Positions 39,833 through 52,852 of a DNA stretch of 64,000 nt are shown here, one piece after another; position 1 is the first letter of the stretch; the number at the start of each line of letters is the position of its first letter. Position numbers and translations under genes: made by a program. Source of the DNA: Pelomyxa schiedti (Eukaryota; Protista; Evosea); assembly GCA_020536535.1 (NCBI GenBank), contig JAHLWZ010000808.1:1-64000 (forward strand). The letters are read 5' to 3'. The notes beneath the pieces were generated by a model. That model saw only the letters and a program-made list of their open reading frames with translations, did not search any database and had not been told where the DNA came from.

Positions 39833-40074
39833 TTAGACGAATGAAAACGGGCGAGTTGCTTGTTGTTCATACGATCTTCATCTAATTCGTTTCAGGCCAA
39901 ATTGAGTTGATGGAGTACGAACAACTCACCCCAAAGAAAGTGCACCCACATAACCCCATGTGCGGGAGTATGATCAACGGCTGAGGAGTACGACTGAATC
40001 GAGGAAGAACCGTGCCCGGAGCCCCCCACTTCCTCTTTCGGAAGGTAACAGCAAAAAAGAAAAAAACAAAAAAA

Positions 40075-42051
40075 ATGCTTGGGCAAGCTGATGACGGTAC
40101 GAGTACTGGCGCTGCGCTTGCGCCGACTCCGGGTATCCAACCGTTGAATCTCGATTGCATCGTCGCGATGCTTCATCAACAACAATCTCACCCCTTGCAA
40201 CAGTTGCGGCGACGCCGCCGTCGTTCAAGGCCGAGGACGAACTGCAGAAGGCTCTCGGCCGGCTCAGCGCCGGCGCGCTGCGCTCCTCCCTCGACTGCGT
40301 GACGCCGTCCACCGCGGAGCAGACAAAGTCGCTGGGGCGCGAGCAGCTGTGCGACTTGTACTTCAAGCAGGTGGCGCACTGCGCAAACTCGGTGCTGGTC
40401 AACGACTCGATGACGCAGGCCATGCGGGAGGAGGCCGCCGGCGTCCTGGGCGTGTCGACCGACGACCTGGGCGCCGTCGTGGACCGCAATGGAATAACGA
40501 CCTATTTCCGGCCCCCAGACCCTCTTCAAGCCATTTCACAACAGTTGGCTTTTTCCCCCTTGGTTCTTTTTCTAAATGATTTGGCAGTTGAATTTGGATC
40601 AAACTGAGGATCCTATTGGATTACATATAAAAATCGTTGACGAAATAATGCTTTCTGGGGTGGAAATCTTTCTTCAAAAGCTTTCTCAACAAGTTCTTAG
40701 GTTTCACAAGCTCTCATTTGCAATAATTGATTCCCCCCTTCATTTCTTTTTTTCCCCCCAAAAGCCAGCATAGTGTCGAGTTGAGTCTCAATCCTGCATC
40801 AACTGAACCAACGGCAATCATTGAAGCTTTTATGTCAGAAGTGTTTCAGCTGGAACCTCCATCTTCAGTTCCTACTTCGTCTGCTACAGCTACAGTGCAA
40901 GAGGCACCAGTTGGAGATCCTGATAGTTCGACACCAAAACTCTCCACTCCAAAACAGACTGAAACAGATTCAAAAGAAGCTGTTGACAAATCCCGAAAAA
41001 ATAATGTGGAGGAAACACCTAAAGGAAAAGACAAAGACAGAGACAAAGACACAGATAAAACAATGGAGGAAACACCTAAGGGAAAAGACAAAGCCAAAAC
41101 TGAGGATAAGAAACACCACAGGGGAAAGAGAGACAAAAAGGACAAGAAAGGAAAAAAATCCAAGAAATCCAAGGATGACGAGGAGCATAAAAGGAAATCC
41201 AGTGCTAGTTGCAAATCACCTAAAAAATCATCCAAATCAAAAAGGAAATCCTCCAAATCATCTCACAAATCTAAGTCACACAAGCACTCCAAATCTTCCA
41301 GCAGTAGCTCAGATAGTGACAGCTCCGATAATCACAAGTCAAAAAAAGGGTACTGGGGCCCTGATCACCGCTGGGTGTCACCACCACTGGAATGCATCAA
41401 GAAGGGAGCGTAAGTCTCCTCTTTACTGCCCCTTTTTAAAAAACTATGAAGGTACACAGCGATTACCATGGATACAAATTTCCACAAGTCGGCCCTTGAT
41501 GAATATCTGGCAAAAAATGAATTGCCAAAGTGTCAAACAAAGAAAAAAGCTGTAAAAATGATTCTGGACTATCTAGACGGGAAGGCAATTTTGGTATTTA
41601 ATTCCATCATCCTTTCCTCTTATTTACGAACCCATGTTCTTTATAGCCGAAAAAGCGAAAGAGCAGGAAGGGCAGGAGAAAGCCAAAGAAAGACAAGAAG
41701 GGAGAGGAAGGAGATGAAGCAGCGCAAGCTGGGAATGACACCACTGAGCAAAAAGAGGACCCAGAAGCCAATGGTGAAGCAGAGGACGCAAATGCCGGGG
41801 AGGAACCAAATGAACCCAAAAGCAAGAAACCCCGCACAACAACTACAGAGCATGAGCATGAGCATGAGAACGAGAACGAGAACGAAACAAATGGAAATGT
41901 CAGTCCTCCATCACCTTCCCCAATCCCACTGGGCTCAGGACCCGAAACAGAAACGAATCCAACCTCTAAAAGTGAGAGCCCTACCACACACCCAATGCCA
42001 GAAGCAACAGGAGCCCCTGATGTGTCACTTAGTGATCAACCCCGAGAGTAG
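40075..42051 (+). CDS. Lys/Ser/Glu-rich nuclear-type protein with a SAP-like helical motif
   Basis: Spliced MLGQADD|VAATPP...; K/D/S-rich tract; PPLECIKKG|..FHKSALDEYLAKNELPKCQTKKKAVKMILDYLDG (SAP-like spacing); basic PKKRKSRKGRRKPKK cluster. Confidence 0.5.
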
Positions 42052-42286
42052 TTATGTTATGCTAGGCAATGAATGTAATGTGCATTTTCAAAATTAAACT
42101 CAACTCCTACAGGTTTTATGAAGCTGGAGAATAGGCACGAGCACTCACCTCTTGTGTTTTTGGGCACAAGGAAAAAAAAAGGAACTTTTTCCTTAATGAT
42201 GTATTGTTGTTTTCTTACCAAAATTTTACTTTCAGTAAAATAACAAGGGGTTGAGTGTGGTTATGGGTAACTTGATTGAGGTGACC

Positions 42287-44471
42287 TTACATTCCCACAA
42301 GGAAGTTGGAGAACTGTAGGGGGTCATCTGGGTCCCTTGGTGCTTTTTGTAATTTATTGTGGTTCTGTCCAAAGTCAGTCCAGCTTGAAAAAACAAGGAA
42401 ATTTGAAACCTGTAGTGGGTGCCAATTTGTCCAATAGCCTCTGCAGCCCAAGAAGGGTTTCACGAAATCGATTATTTCATTGTGATCCATGTCTGTAACG
42501 GAGTAAAGACCAAGAGCAGAACTAGGGTAAACTTGTACACACCACAAGGTTCTATCAGGCCGGACATGGGGTGAGCGACTGCCCACCTGAAACCTGCTAT
42601 GACCCCGTACGTTACAGGGCATGTTGTGGCATTCACTCTCACATGGGGCAGCATTTGCTTAACCTTTTCAATGGAGATATTGACACCATACCTAGATACA
42701 ATAAGAACAAGAAAGAAGGTTATGGCACCCGGAAAGCATGCCATAGCCAATGCATGAAACACACCAATATCCTCCAAGCTTACTGCCAAGTAACAACATC
42801 CCATATTCATCATAACCACCTGGTAGAATATTGGGAGGAAGAAGGATACGATGTCGCGTTTGGGAGACAAAATCATTCTCCGCCAACTCTCTCAAAGATA
42901 AAACAGCATCGTCACAAGGGTGGTAAGAGTAATAAGTAGTGGGACGGTAAATGTCTCGTCCTGTGCTTGGATCTTTGATTGTGAGGAAGTCGGCAAGCTC
43001 AAGGCACTACAAACAGTTGGTTTTTTGTACCAAGAAAGAATATTTGTTACCTCATAATGAGTGGTCAAGGTTCCAAAGTGAGGACCTTGTTGAGGGCACC
43101 AGGTTTTAACTGTAAAATGTGAGCCACGCCGTTGAGCACAGAGCGGTAAAAACCTGTACACAGTGCACTTGGTCTATCAAGCATGATAGCAGACTTGGTT
43201 CCAGTTGTGTGCTATTTTGGTGCTAAGAACTTCGAAATAAGAATAAACGTACTAACCAACAATGCTCCATCCGGTAATCTTCTTTCATGGGTACCCCAGC
43301 CCATCTCAGCCGGCTGAAGTAATTCTTCAATGTCTAGGTGAAAGTCAGTGTACCAGGTCATTACAGAGGAGTCATACAGCCAATAACGGACCATGTCTGA
43401 ACGAACTCGCCCTTCTTTTTGGGTACTGAGGACTGCTGTCCGTCGCGTTCAGAAACTTGAATAATCTAATCATGATCAGGGCAGTGGATTTTAGGAGGTA
43501 ACAGTACGCGAATTCCAAGGCGTTGGCACAGGGCAGCCCACTCTTCTTTGTTTGTGGGTATTGGTGGTGCTACGCCGTCAGTAGCTGTTGCAATCTCGTA
43601 AATTCCTTGCTTTGCAAAGGATTCGGCCAGTCCAGGGTTGGCACCATGTGAAGTTACTGGATGGAGGATGGATGTCAGAAGTAGTTATGAAGTCATGGGG
43701 GAAGTAGTACTAGCAGTGGTCGAGCAACCCTTGAAGGCGCCAAGACGTTGGCGGAGGGTTAAAAATTTATTCCTTATGGAGTAATTACTTCTGTCCTCCA
43801 TTCTAGACCAGTTTAGTTCTGAAACAGTGTTTCGAAGCATACGATATATTAGGATCCATAAAGCCATCACCCCACGGTTCTAAAGAAGCGTCTTGATAAA
43901 GAATTCTTCTACGCTGGCAGTACTCAATCAGCTCCAAGCTCCCGACAGCAACAGAAAGGTTGAGGAGGAAGTCACCTGGGCTTAGGTATCTGAAGAAAAG
44001 TGGGTTCATGGAGTGTATGAGGTCAGTAACACACGAGTCAAGAACTGATGTATAATTCTCTTTGGTGAACTTCTGGATTACGTAGCGCATGCCAAGGCTT
44101 TCAACAGTGGACCTTCCTTTGAAAAAATGGGTACCAAAATACAGTCTCGTAACAGGGGGAGTACCTCCATTATCAGCAGAGAGGACAGTGACTAATGCCG
44201 GGTCGAGGTTCACGTAACGAATGATCAAGGGCAGTACGCCTTTGCGCGAAATTTACTAAACGAATGCCGCAACGTGTAAACAAAGAAGAAGCGCACTTTG
44301 AGCAATGACACCTGCGCCCATCACGAGCAGTTTATTGCTCCAGGTTGGATTGGGGGACACATGGCCCATCAACATTTCCACACGTCGCGAAGCAGACGAC
44401 GTAACAGCGGGAGTGGTTCCATCGGGGGCGGATGTCGAAGACCCGGCAGATGCGCTAGCTCGCGTGGACAT
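42287..44471 (-). CDS. hss: Homospermidine synthase, bacterial type (saccharopine-dehydrogenase-like fold), intron-containing
   Basis: LLVMGAGVIAQ|SVLPLIIRY (NAD-binding), GDFLLNLSVAVGSLELI..LYQDASLEPW, SHGANPGL, IQVSERD...GEFVQTWSVIG|YIEELLQPAEMGWGTHE, VKTWCP..G..TTHYE, YRPTTYYSYHPCDDAVLSLRE, NATTCPV, DPDDPLQFSNFLV*. Confidence 0.92.
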
Positions 44472-44816
44472 AGGGCTGTGCCTTTGTTTTTTCTTTTTTT
44501 TTTTTCTTGTTGTTTCTATGTTTTTTTGGTTTGAACTTTTGTTGCGTTTGCATTTTGCTGAAGTCCCCTCAAATAAGGGCCCACTATTTGTGGAATGATC
44601 GGTGCTTCTCGCAAAACATTTCATCTCATCAAGTGCATTTGCACTTGTTCGAGCAAACAGTCAGGCCACCCCCAATAACCGCCGAGGCCGTTCTCCCTTC
44701 TCCCAAGTTGAGCTTCTAGAACTACTAATGAGAATTTGGGACCAGACACTGAGTGAAAGGGTTTTTGGTAAGAATACTTGGATGTTTTTTTTCCCCCTTT
44801 GCTTGTGGATAGAAGC

Positions 44817-45146
44817 TCAGTCCTTCAAGAAGTTGAGAGCACCCGTCTTGAATTCCTCCCACGAGATCTGGCCGTCGTGGTTGGTGTCCATCTGAATAGC
44901 TTGTAAGTGGAGAAAACTAGTTTGGCCAGGGGGGAAACCGTTCGGAGGACTTCGTCAGCCATTGTAACGACTCTATCGGCAGAGGCTCCAGCGTGTGTTA
45001 GTGCTGCTCGAATTTCGTCAAGCTGAATGAACCCATCGTGGTTCCTAAGGAGCCTTGTTAAGGACATAGCAACGCGGCATATCAAGTTTAACGGAGGCGC
45101 ACTTGTCCCAAAGATCGAAGGCTTCACGTAGTTTCGCCTCGGTCAT
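44817..45146 (-). CDS. Small two-EF-hand calcium-binding protein (74 aa, three exons)
   Basis: MTEAKLREAFDLWDK|NHDGFIQLDEIRAAL...ADEVLRT|MDTNHDGQISWEEFKTGALNFLKD*; two canonical 12-residue loops. Confidence 0.9.
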
Positions 45147-45398
45147 TTTACCCTTTGGTTGTTGTGAGGTTTCTTTTTGTGTTTTGTTTTGCTTGCCTTT
45201 TTTTTTTTCTTTTAGCGGGTTTTCTTTCTCATTGATAAGACTCGGAATGAGAAAAACCCAGGATTGAGCCCCCGCTCTCCCTCGCGTGTCCCTAAAACCA
45301 CGTTGTGTGCTCCACAAAGGCCAGCCCCAGACCTCCTCTCACCCTACACAATTGTAGATGGCATCTGAGATCTTTCGGAGGTTTTTCATCTAATTAAC

Positions 45399-48300
45399 AT
45401 GTCAACGCCACTCGCCACACCCGCGGTGTGCACCCCCACGTCGACCACCAACGGCACCGCCTCGACTACTCCACCTGCAATATCGAGTATTGCACCCCAA
45501 AGCACCACCTCGTCCGCCAGTCCAAACACAAACACGAGCGTCGGTGCAACCCCTAATTCTAGTGTTGGGGGTGGTGGTGGCTCCGCGGCAGATGCAAGTT
45601 CAAAGGCCAAAGTAATGCCCCAGGGTGAAAAGATCCTTTGGGGTGTGTGCTTGTGTATTGTGTATTGTGTACTGCGTATTGTGTATTGGGTTTTCTCCTT
45701 CCTCTTTGGTGTTTGTATTAAGTAGAATGCCAGATTTTTCATGCGCTTACTTCAAGGCGGGGTTTATGCACCAAGGCAGAATTTACATGTCTGCTAACTA
45801 CATTGGCTTTCAATCTTCAGTGTTTTCCACTGTAGATATTCCCTCTTTCCCATTTTCCCCTTGTTGTGGATCCTATTCAACATTATTTTTCTGTTCTAGA
45901 CTGTTTTGATTACTGTAAAAGACATCGAGTCCATAGCGAAAAGGAACACTGCCCTCTTGTTTCCAAATGCCATTGAGATTACTGTAAAGGATCAAAAGCA
46001 CTTCTTTGCCTCATTCTTGCAACGCAATGAGGCATACACAAAGTTAAGGTCTCTGATTAAGGTTTCCCAGATTTCCTTCCCTCATATTTTAAGCTAATAT
46101 CAAGGGTAAACCTTCTGAAACTGCTGATTCCTACAGTGACTCTAGTGATGTACCTGTATCTTATCTCACACAACTCATTATTGACTACCTTAGTCAGACG
46201 ATGAAGCGGACCATAAAAGTACCAAGGATGACCCAAATGAAGTGCGTCTCTCTTTTTTTTACCATATTCCTAATGAAGTTAACAAATACCAAATCAAACA
46301 ATAGCAAACAGTTCCCAAAACACATGTGAGGTCTTTATCAGAGTCATCACCACTGATAGGAACAAGTGAGCTAGTCTATTAATGCAACAAAGCTATTTAA
46401 AAAACCTCTAACAATAAAAACACACTTCAGGTGTGCCAGGTTCTGGCGTTCCTACCATAACAATTTCTCCAACTTCGGCACATTCGCAACTCCCAATGCA
46501 ACTGGCTACACAACTCAATCCTGCCTCCGCACCTACAACACCATCACTAAAATCAGCCCCACCAGTCCAAGTACCATCACTACCCACTTCCCCGAAAATA
46601 TCACCTGCTTTGCCCCCATGCACAGCAATTCAATCTTCATTGCCCACTTCCAACTCCAGCATGCTAGTGCCGCCCACACAAGTTCCACCAAACCTGGAGC
46701 CACCTGCAACCAGTCAATTAATTGGTATGGATTGACGAAACAATACATTCGAAGCTTATCCACCGGCAGGCATCAGTGGCACCTGCCCACATACAAAGTA
46801 CAGAGAATGGTTTTCGAACACGTCTACCCCGTGCCTGGAGGACCACCTGCCAATACCGGTATCACAAGTGTGGCCCCTTATGTTAAGTGCTGGCTGTAAC
46901 TTTTGGTCCTCTGTGCTGGAACAGAGCAGTTACACTGGTACACCCCTCGTCTGACGAAAATTTCTTATTGTTAAAAGATGTGCAGATCGCCCCTTGGGTA
47001 CGGCATTCTGATGGTTGTTGCAATTCCAGAGCACTGGACTTTATAACTCCAATTACCTCCAAGTTAACTTCCAAGAAGCAAGCACCGGTTCACCAAGATC
47101 AGACATGCACCTTCGAGGATGGGTATGTTTAGATCGAGCATATGAAATCTCTTAGTTAATGATAGAGTTTTAACTGTGGAGACTATAGCCGCTACTCGTG
47201 ACGTGCCATATTCTGATTGTTTTGTGGTACAAAGTTTGGTTCGCTGTGTGCCAAGTGATTCTGGTGGATGTGACGTTCTTGTATATTGCCATATCAATTT
47301 CATTAAGGCTATTTTCTTTGGAGTAAAAGGCTAGTCCCCTCACAACCCTAATTTCCTAAAATAAAAATCTACTTTCCCAGCAATCGCTGAAAGAACTGCA
47401 AGCAACCAGACAAAAGAATTTTATGTTGTATGGATGAAGTGTGCCTTGGAAATAGCCCAGACATACCAAGCCCAACCTATTGCAGGAGGCCCACAACAAC
47501 CAGTTTCTACTACAATTGCAAATGATCTGGCAGGCTGTTCAGCGCCTCTCATCAATATTCCCGACGATACACAACAACAAGCAAACACTGCAGACAAACA
47601 GGAAAATTTGAACTCTGAAGTTGGTGATACTCCTGCGGAAAGAACTCCCACAGAGCTTCCCTCTGTAGTGAAAGGGAGTGAAACTGTACCACATTCCGTA
47701 TCACTTTCTGCCAAGCCATCTGCAAGCCCCAGCGGCAATCTATTCGGAAGGCTGTCAAGCTCTCCGCCTGGTGCACTTGGTTCTAGGGAAAAACCAGCGG
47801 ATATCAACGGGTTTTTGTCATTTTTTCTGCGCACTCTCAGCAGTGGAACTATGTCAATACCAAGAAATTTGGCCATTGCAGTAACCGTGCTGTTCTTATG
47901 CTTGATATTTATACTGCATGGAAAGGTACACGACTAAGGGACATAAATAGCTACGCCAATAAAACTTAACAAAACAAATTTGCTGCCAGATTTCTAGCCA
48001 AGAACACCAATTGAGATTGATGGCTGAAGCGTCAGCACGAACAGATCAAGGTGTAGCTCTCGTTAGTGCCCTTCTACTCTCACTGCAAAACAACGGCACT
48101 TGGAATTCTAAGTACTACGAGTTCCGTGAGTGGAACAACAGGCTTCAGATGGTCCGCCATCCAAAATTCCCGCCTACTCTCCCCCAACACTAAGTCATGG
48201 TACAGGCACAGGAATCCCTTAAACGCACCGAGCACCTTCTTACTGAGCTTGCGGGCGAATTGCACGGCAACCCGCTGCTCACAGACTTGGCGCAAATGCC

Positions 48301-48469
48301 CTACTCAATGACACCCTCATTCACCACATCCCTAGCATACCACAATTACGAGGAGCCGTCATCATCGTTCCTTGTCACTGGAATCCTTCTTATGTGTGTT
48401 TTTGGAATTGCCGTGGCAGTCACTTACATAGCAGTACGAAACTGGCCAACATCCCACAAAAACACTTGA
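45399..48469 (+). CDS. GRAM + VASt (StART-like) membrane-contact sterol transfer protein, GRAMD1/Aster/LAM family
   Basis: GRAM: DFSCAYF..HQGRIYMSANYIGFQS...KRNTALLFPNAIEI..KHFFASFLQRNEAY. VASt: IAPW...SRALDFITP...RDVPYSDCFVV. C-terminal TM and coiled-coil segments. Confidence 0.85.
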
Positions 48470-48628
48470 CGTTGTAGCAGTGCCCAAAAATGTTGTTCTA
48501 ATTTTCTAACGGTACAAAAACCAAAAAAACAAAACAAAAAAAAAAAAAGCGCAAAGAGATCTAGAGCTTTTAACATTTTGGCTGTCGTTCGACGTGCTGT
48601 GAGGGAAGACAGTTGGTGAGACCCGGAG

Positions 48629-50692
48629 ATGGCGACTTCAGTCACTACAACAACAGAAAAACCGTTCCCGTGCTTCGCGAGTATTAGTTGTGTTCCCGCT
48701 GTAGTCAAGATCTTGCGTTTCCGTTACACGACGTACAAGATCGGCAGGTATACGAGTGGCACTGCGGACAAAAAAAAAAAAAACCAGTGCACTCATCAAC
48801 CAAAGGGATTCGAACTGTGACATCAGAATCATACGAGGGAATGCCGAACCTGTCCACGCTGAAATTCTTGTTGACTTCGAAAAAAAGGAAGTAAGGAAAA
48901 ATAAATCCCTAAACTTTGTCTCATTACTCCAGCTTTTCCTGACTGCACGCGGCCCCACGACAGTAAATAACGCTGCTGTTGAGCTAGGAGTGAAAATACC
49001 TCTGAAATTCGGTGATCTTATCAATGTGGCTGGGAAAACGTTCTGCATAGAAGAATGCCCGTCTTCAGTTCCCACTGCCTCTAATTCATCTTCAAGTAAA
49101 GTTCCAAGCACCCAATTGTCTAGCACTGAAGTTAAACCCCCGTCTGGTAGTCCCCTAGGCTCCAATGTGTGTCCTTTGTTCTTAGCTTAGAACTGTCCTC
49201 TAATGAGAGCATAAAAGACCAGAAAAGGAGACCACACTGCACTGAAGGCCAAGGAGTCAAGTGAAGAACAAGCTGTTTCACCCCCACCAAAAAAACCTAG
49301 AATGGTATGTATTTCTCTTACATTTTCTTAGCATAACAACGTTCACAGGAAAAGGCAAGTGCAAACAAAGAGGACAGCTCCAATTCAGAGGAAAAAGCAG
49401 GAAAAAAGAAGTCACTGAAAAGTCGAAAAAGTGGAACTCCCGCAAAGAAATCTTCTACAGCAGAGAAAGTGTCAACACCACCCAAAGATTCCCCAGCAGC
49501 CAAAAAAGACCCCAACATTGAGAACAAACCCCGCAAGGACTCCTGCCCTAAAACTTGCAATGAAAGTCCAAGCCATAACGTGAACAGTACTGCAGTAAAA
49601 GAGACTACAAGCCCAAAAGAAGACCCGACAAGTCCAGTAGGCACTGCGGCGAACAATGCGAACAACCCAGCTCCAAAAGAAATGCCGGGCATCCCAAATA
49701 GTGCTGTCAGCAAAGAGGATCCCAAAAGTACCGCAGATGGCAAGAAGCCAGATGAAGATGAAGTGGAAGAAACAGTGAAGGAATCTGTGGAGGAGATGGC
49801 AACAAACATTTCAGAGGATCTTTCTGAACAAAAGGGTGAGAAGATGGTTGAGGAACAAGGTGAAAAAAAGGAGGAATGCCAACCTGAAGCCACTAAGACA
49901 TCCAAAAAAAGCAGCACCGCTGATAGTAGCTCTTCAAGTGATAGCCCAAAGCGACCCAAATCCAAGCAACGTCCAAAAGCAGCACCTCGCCATGGTCCCC
50001 CCGTCCCTTCTAAGCCAGCACCGCCAGCAACAAAACTTGGACTGAGAGCACAAGCAAGAAAAGACGCGGAAGCGAAAGCTGAACCAGAATTAGGGAAAAA
50101 ACCAGTTGACAATACACCTCCAGTTGACAATACACCCCCAGTCGCAACACCACCCAGAAAAAGGGGCCGACCTGTCGGTACCACCAAGAAACAACTGGAA
50201 TTGAAGAAAGCAGAAGAACTCAACAAGAGCAAGGAACACAACACGAGTTCAAGTTCCAGTTCAAGCAAAGGTAAAAGCCACACGAAAAGCAAGAGCAGAA
50301 GCAGAAGTAGAAGTTCCAGTAAAAGTAAAAGTAAAAGCAAAAGCAAAAGCACAAGCAAGAGCAAGAGCAAGAGTAGAAGCAGAAGTAGAAGTAGAAGTAG
50401 AAGCAAAAGCAAAAGCAAAAGTAAAAGTAAGAGCAGAGGCAAGAGGAGTAGCAGCTCAAGCAGGAGCAGGAGCAGCAGTAGCAGTAGCAGTAGCAGCAGT
50501 AGCAAGAAAGATAAATCAAAGAAAAAAGGTAAAACTAAATCAAGTGGCAGCCACAAAAAGAAAGCATCCTCCTCCAGTGACACAAGCGACTCAAGCGCAA
50601 AGAGAAAGAAACAAAACGGCTCAGCGCCAGTGACACTACTAGAAGCCAGACTCATGGCCAAACGAAAAGGCACCTCTCATCCCCCAATATAA
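48629..50692 (+). CDS. FHA-domain protein (Ki-67-like FHA) with a disordered charged tail, an AT-hook and Ser-Lys/Ser-Arg repeats
   Basis: Spliced KIGR|DSNCDIRI...HAEI...PTTVN...LKFGDLINVAGKTFCIE; AT-hook RKRGRP; SKSKSRSRSRS tract. Confidence 0.75.
50280..50505 (+). repeat. Degenerate hexamer/trimer repeat tract encoding (SK/SR)n and poly-Ser
   Basis: Tandem AGCAAA/AGTAAA/AGCAGA/AGTAGA/AGCAGT units seen directly. Confidence 0.85.
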
Positions 50693-50883
50693 TACATTCA
50701 ATGACTGTCTTTGCAGGTTGACACCGGCTAATGCAAGCAATGCTCCAGTTAGTTGGCACCTTGTACGAAAAGAACAAAATAAACAAAACAGGGGCGTGTC
50801 TTCCCCGCACAATACAAACGAAGAAATTCCTTGTTCCGGAACCACAGACGCCCTTCTCATTCGACAAAACAAATATTTGAGCC

Positions 50884-52852
50884 ATGAGCACGCCCGGCGA
50901 CGTGACGTCGTCGAGGAAACGGAGTGGGCGAGGCGGCTCGGCCTCCTCGGTGCAGCAGCCCAACGTGGGCAAGCGCCGCAAGAGCACCAAGGAGGAAAAA
51001 AAGCGGAAGAAGAAGTACGGCAACTGGAAGACGAAGGGGCCCTGGCGGGGCGGGGGCGGCCGCAGCGCGGCGGCGGACGCGGCGGCACCTACTGACCAAG
51101 GTGCTGGGGACAAGGCGGCCGCCGCCGCCAGCAACACCAACAGCACGGGAGGCGGCGGGGGAAGCAGGAATTTTGACCTGAGGAAGGGGGACCGGGGGTT
51201 CGTGGCCACGTGCCCGGTGGACAAGGAGTACCTGTGCCGCGGCGACACCATCACGCTGCTCGAGGAGGCCATTGGAAGGTGGTACCCGCAGCTCTCCCGG
51301 TTCTGCGGGGGCGGCGACGGGCCCAACGAGGCAGCAGAGGCCCGCGAGGGGGAGGGGGAGGGAGAGGAAAGAGATTCCAGCGGGGGAGGAGGAGCGGAGG
51401 CAGAAACAAAGAGGGCGGAGGAAGGGGCAGGGGCAGGGGGAGAGGGGGTGGACAGCATGCTGGAGAAGGAGCTGGAGTTGTTGAGGCAGCAGCAGATGCC
51501 ACCAAAGAAGAGGGGGAGGGGTTCGTTCATGGTGGATTGGTCCAAGGTAAGGGGAGGGGGGGCTTCTTTTGGTTACTTTGGTTTCTTAGAGTGAAACAGG
51601 TGGCATTGGCACCAGTTAAAACTGGTATAAAAGGTATGATATTCATCAAACTGGGAGAACCAGCTGCCATTGTTGACCCTGTTTTCATTGTCACAAAAAT
51701 TGCGGAGTATCTACAGCCAGCTCAGCCAATACTCAAACCTGTCGCCAAAGACCTTGCTGTTTCCAAAGGAAACTGTGCTCCACAATTACCACCTAAAGTC
51801 CTTTCCCCTACAACTGAAACCTCACCTAGTCCAGTGGAAGAAAAACCATTTCTCCTGTTTGCTCCAGTTAAGCCAAAGCAAACTGGTACTCCTCCCGTAA
51901 TTGCAGAGAAGATGGTTGAGCCACCCAATAAACCTTCAGAAACAACCGACATCAAGTCTGCTTGTCAGGAAACACCTGATACCAAGCCTATATGCAATGA
52001 AAATTTAACCACAACACCTTCTTCAACCCCAACATCTGCTTCAGCAACTACGATTCCATTGCTCACATCTAGCAAGGATCAGGGGTTGGAACTTACTGTT
52101 CCGAGATTTTTGCAACGCCTTATCCCTGTCGATTTCACATGTAGAGTGGACGCCGAGGAGATTTCAGCAAGTGTTTCTGCCCTGTGTGAGAAAGTCTTCA
52201 AAAACTGGTATTTCTTCTCACATTTCCAGCTTATTTACCGCAAATAGTGCTCCTGGAACAACATACAAACTTATTTGTGCTTGCAGACACAATAGCAGCA
52301 TCACCACCCAGTAAGTGCCATTTTGGTGAGGTGCTTCATCTCACTTCTCCCAGACTTGTTTCTCGAATCTTTGCTAAAGTAATGCCTCCTCATGTTGTGG
52401 ACATTACCTATTCACGTAATAGCGCACATCACCAACCCAAAGTACAAACACCAACTGAAACACATACAACCATTCCTACGAACTCACCGCCAATTGTACC
52501 CACCTCAACAAGCACATCCCCTGCAGTGCCCCTTACACCACAAGGATCCAATCCCACAACAACATCAGCAACCATCCCCATAACTAGTACCCCTCCTACC
52601 ACCACAACCACATCAACAGAATCACTTCAAACCCCCGCTCTTGAACCAGCACCACAAGAAAGCCATGATACCGCGGCCCCCAAGGCACCAGCAGACACCA
52701 CAATGACTACAACCACCTCCAAGTCAGCAGCCCCCGAGCCTGACTACTACATCCTATTTGAGGTGTATCACAAAGTATGCGGCCTCAGTGCAGTCAAGGA
52801 CTATGCACGCCACAAGCGATTCAACCTCCATGCCATCTCGAATGGTTCCTGA
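50884..52852 (+). CDS. THUMPD1: THUMP domain-containing protein 1 (Tan1; tRNA ac4C adaptor) with low-complexity inserts
   Basis: RGFVATCP..KE...LLEE, SMLEKELELLR, TGIKGMIFIK, DPVFIV, RFLQRLIPVDFTC, PDYYILFEVYHKVCGLSAVKDYARHKRFNL. Confidence 0.85.

Noticed and set aside
49318-50673. 451-aa minus-strand ORF with a poly-Leu tract
   Set aside because: Antisense of the SK/SR/poly-Ser repeat region of the FHA protein.
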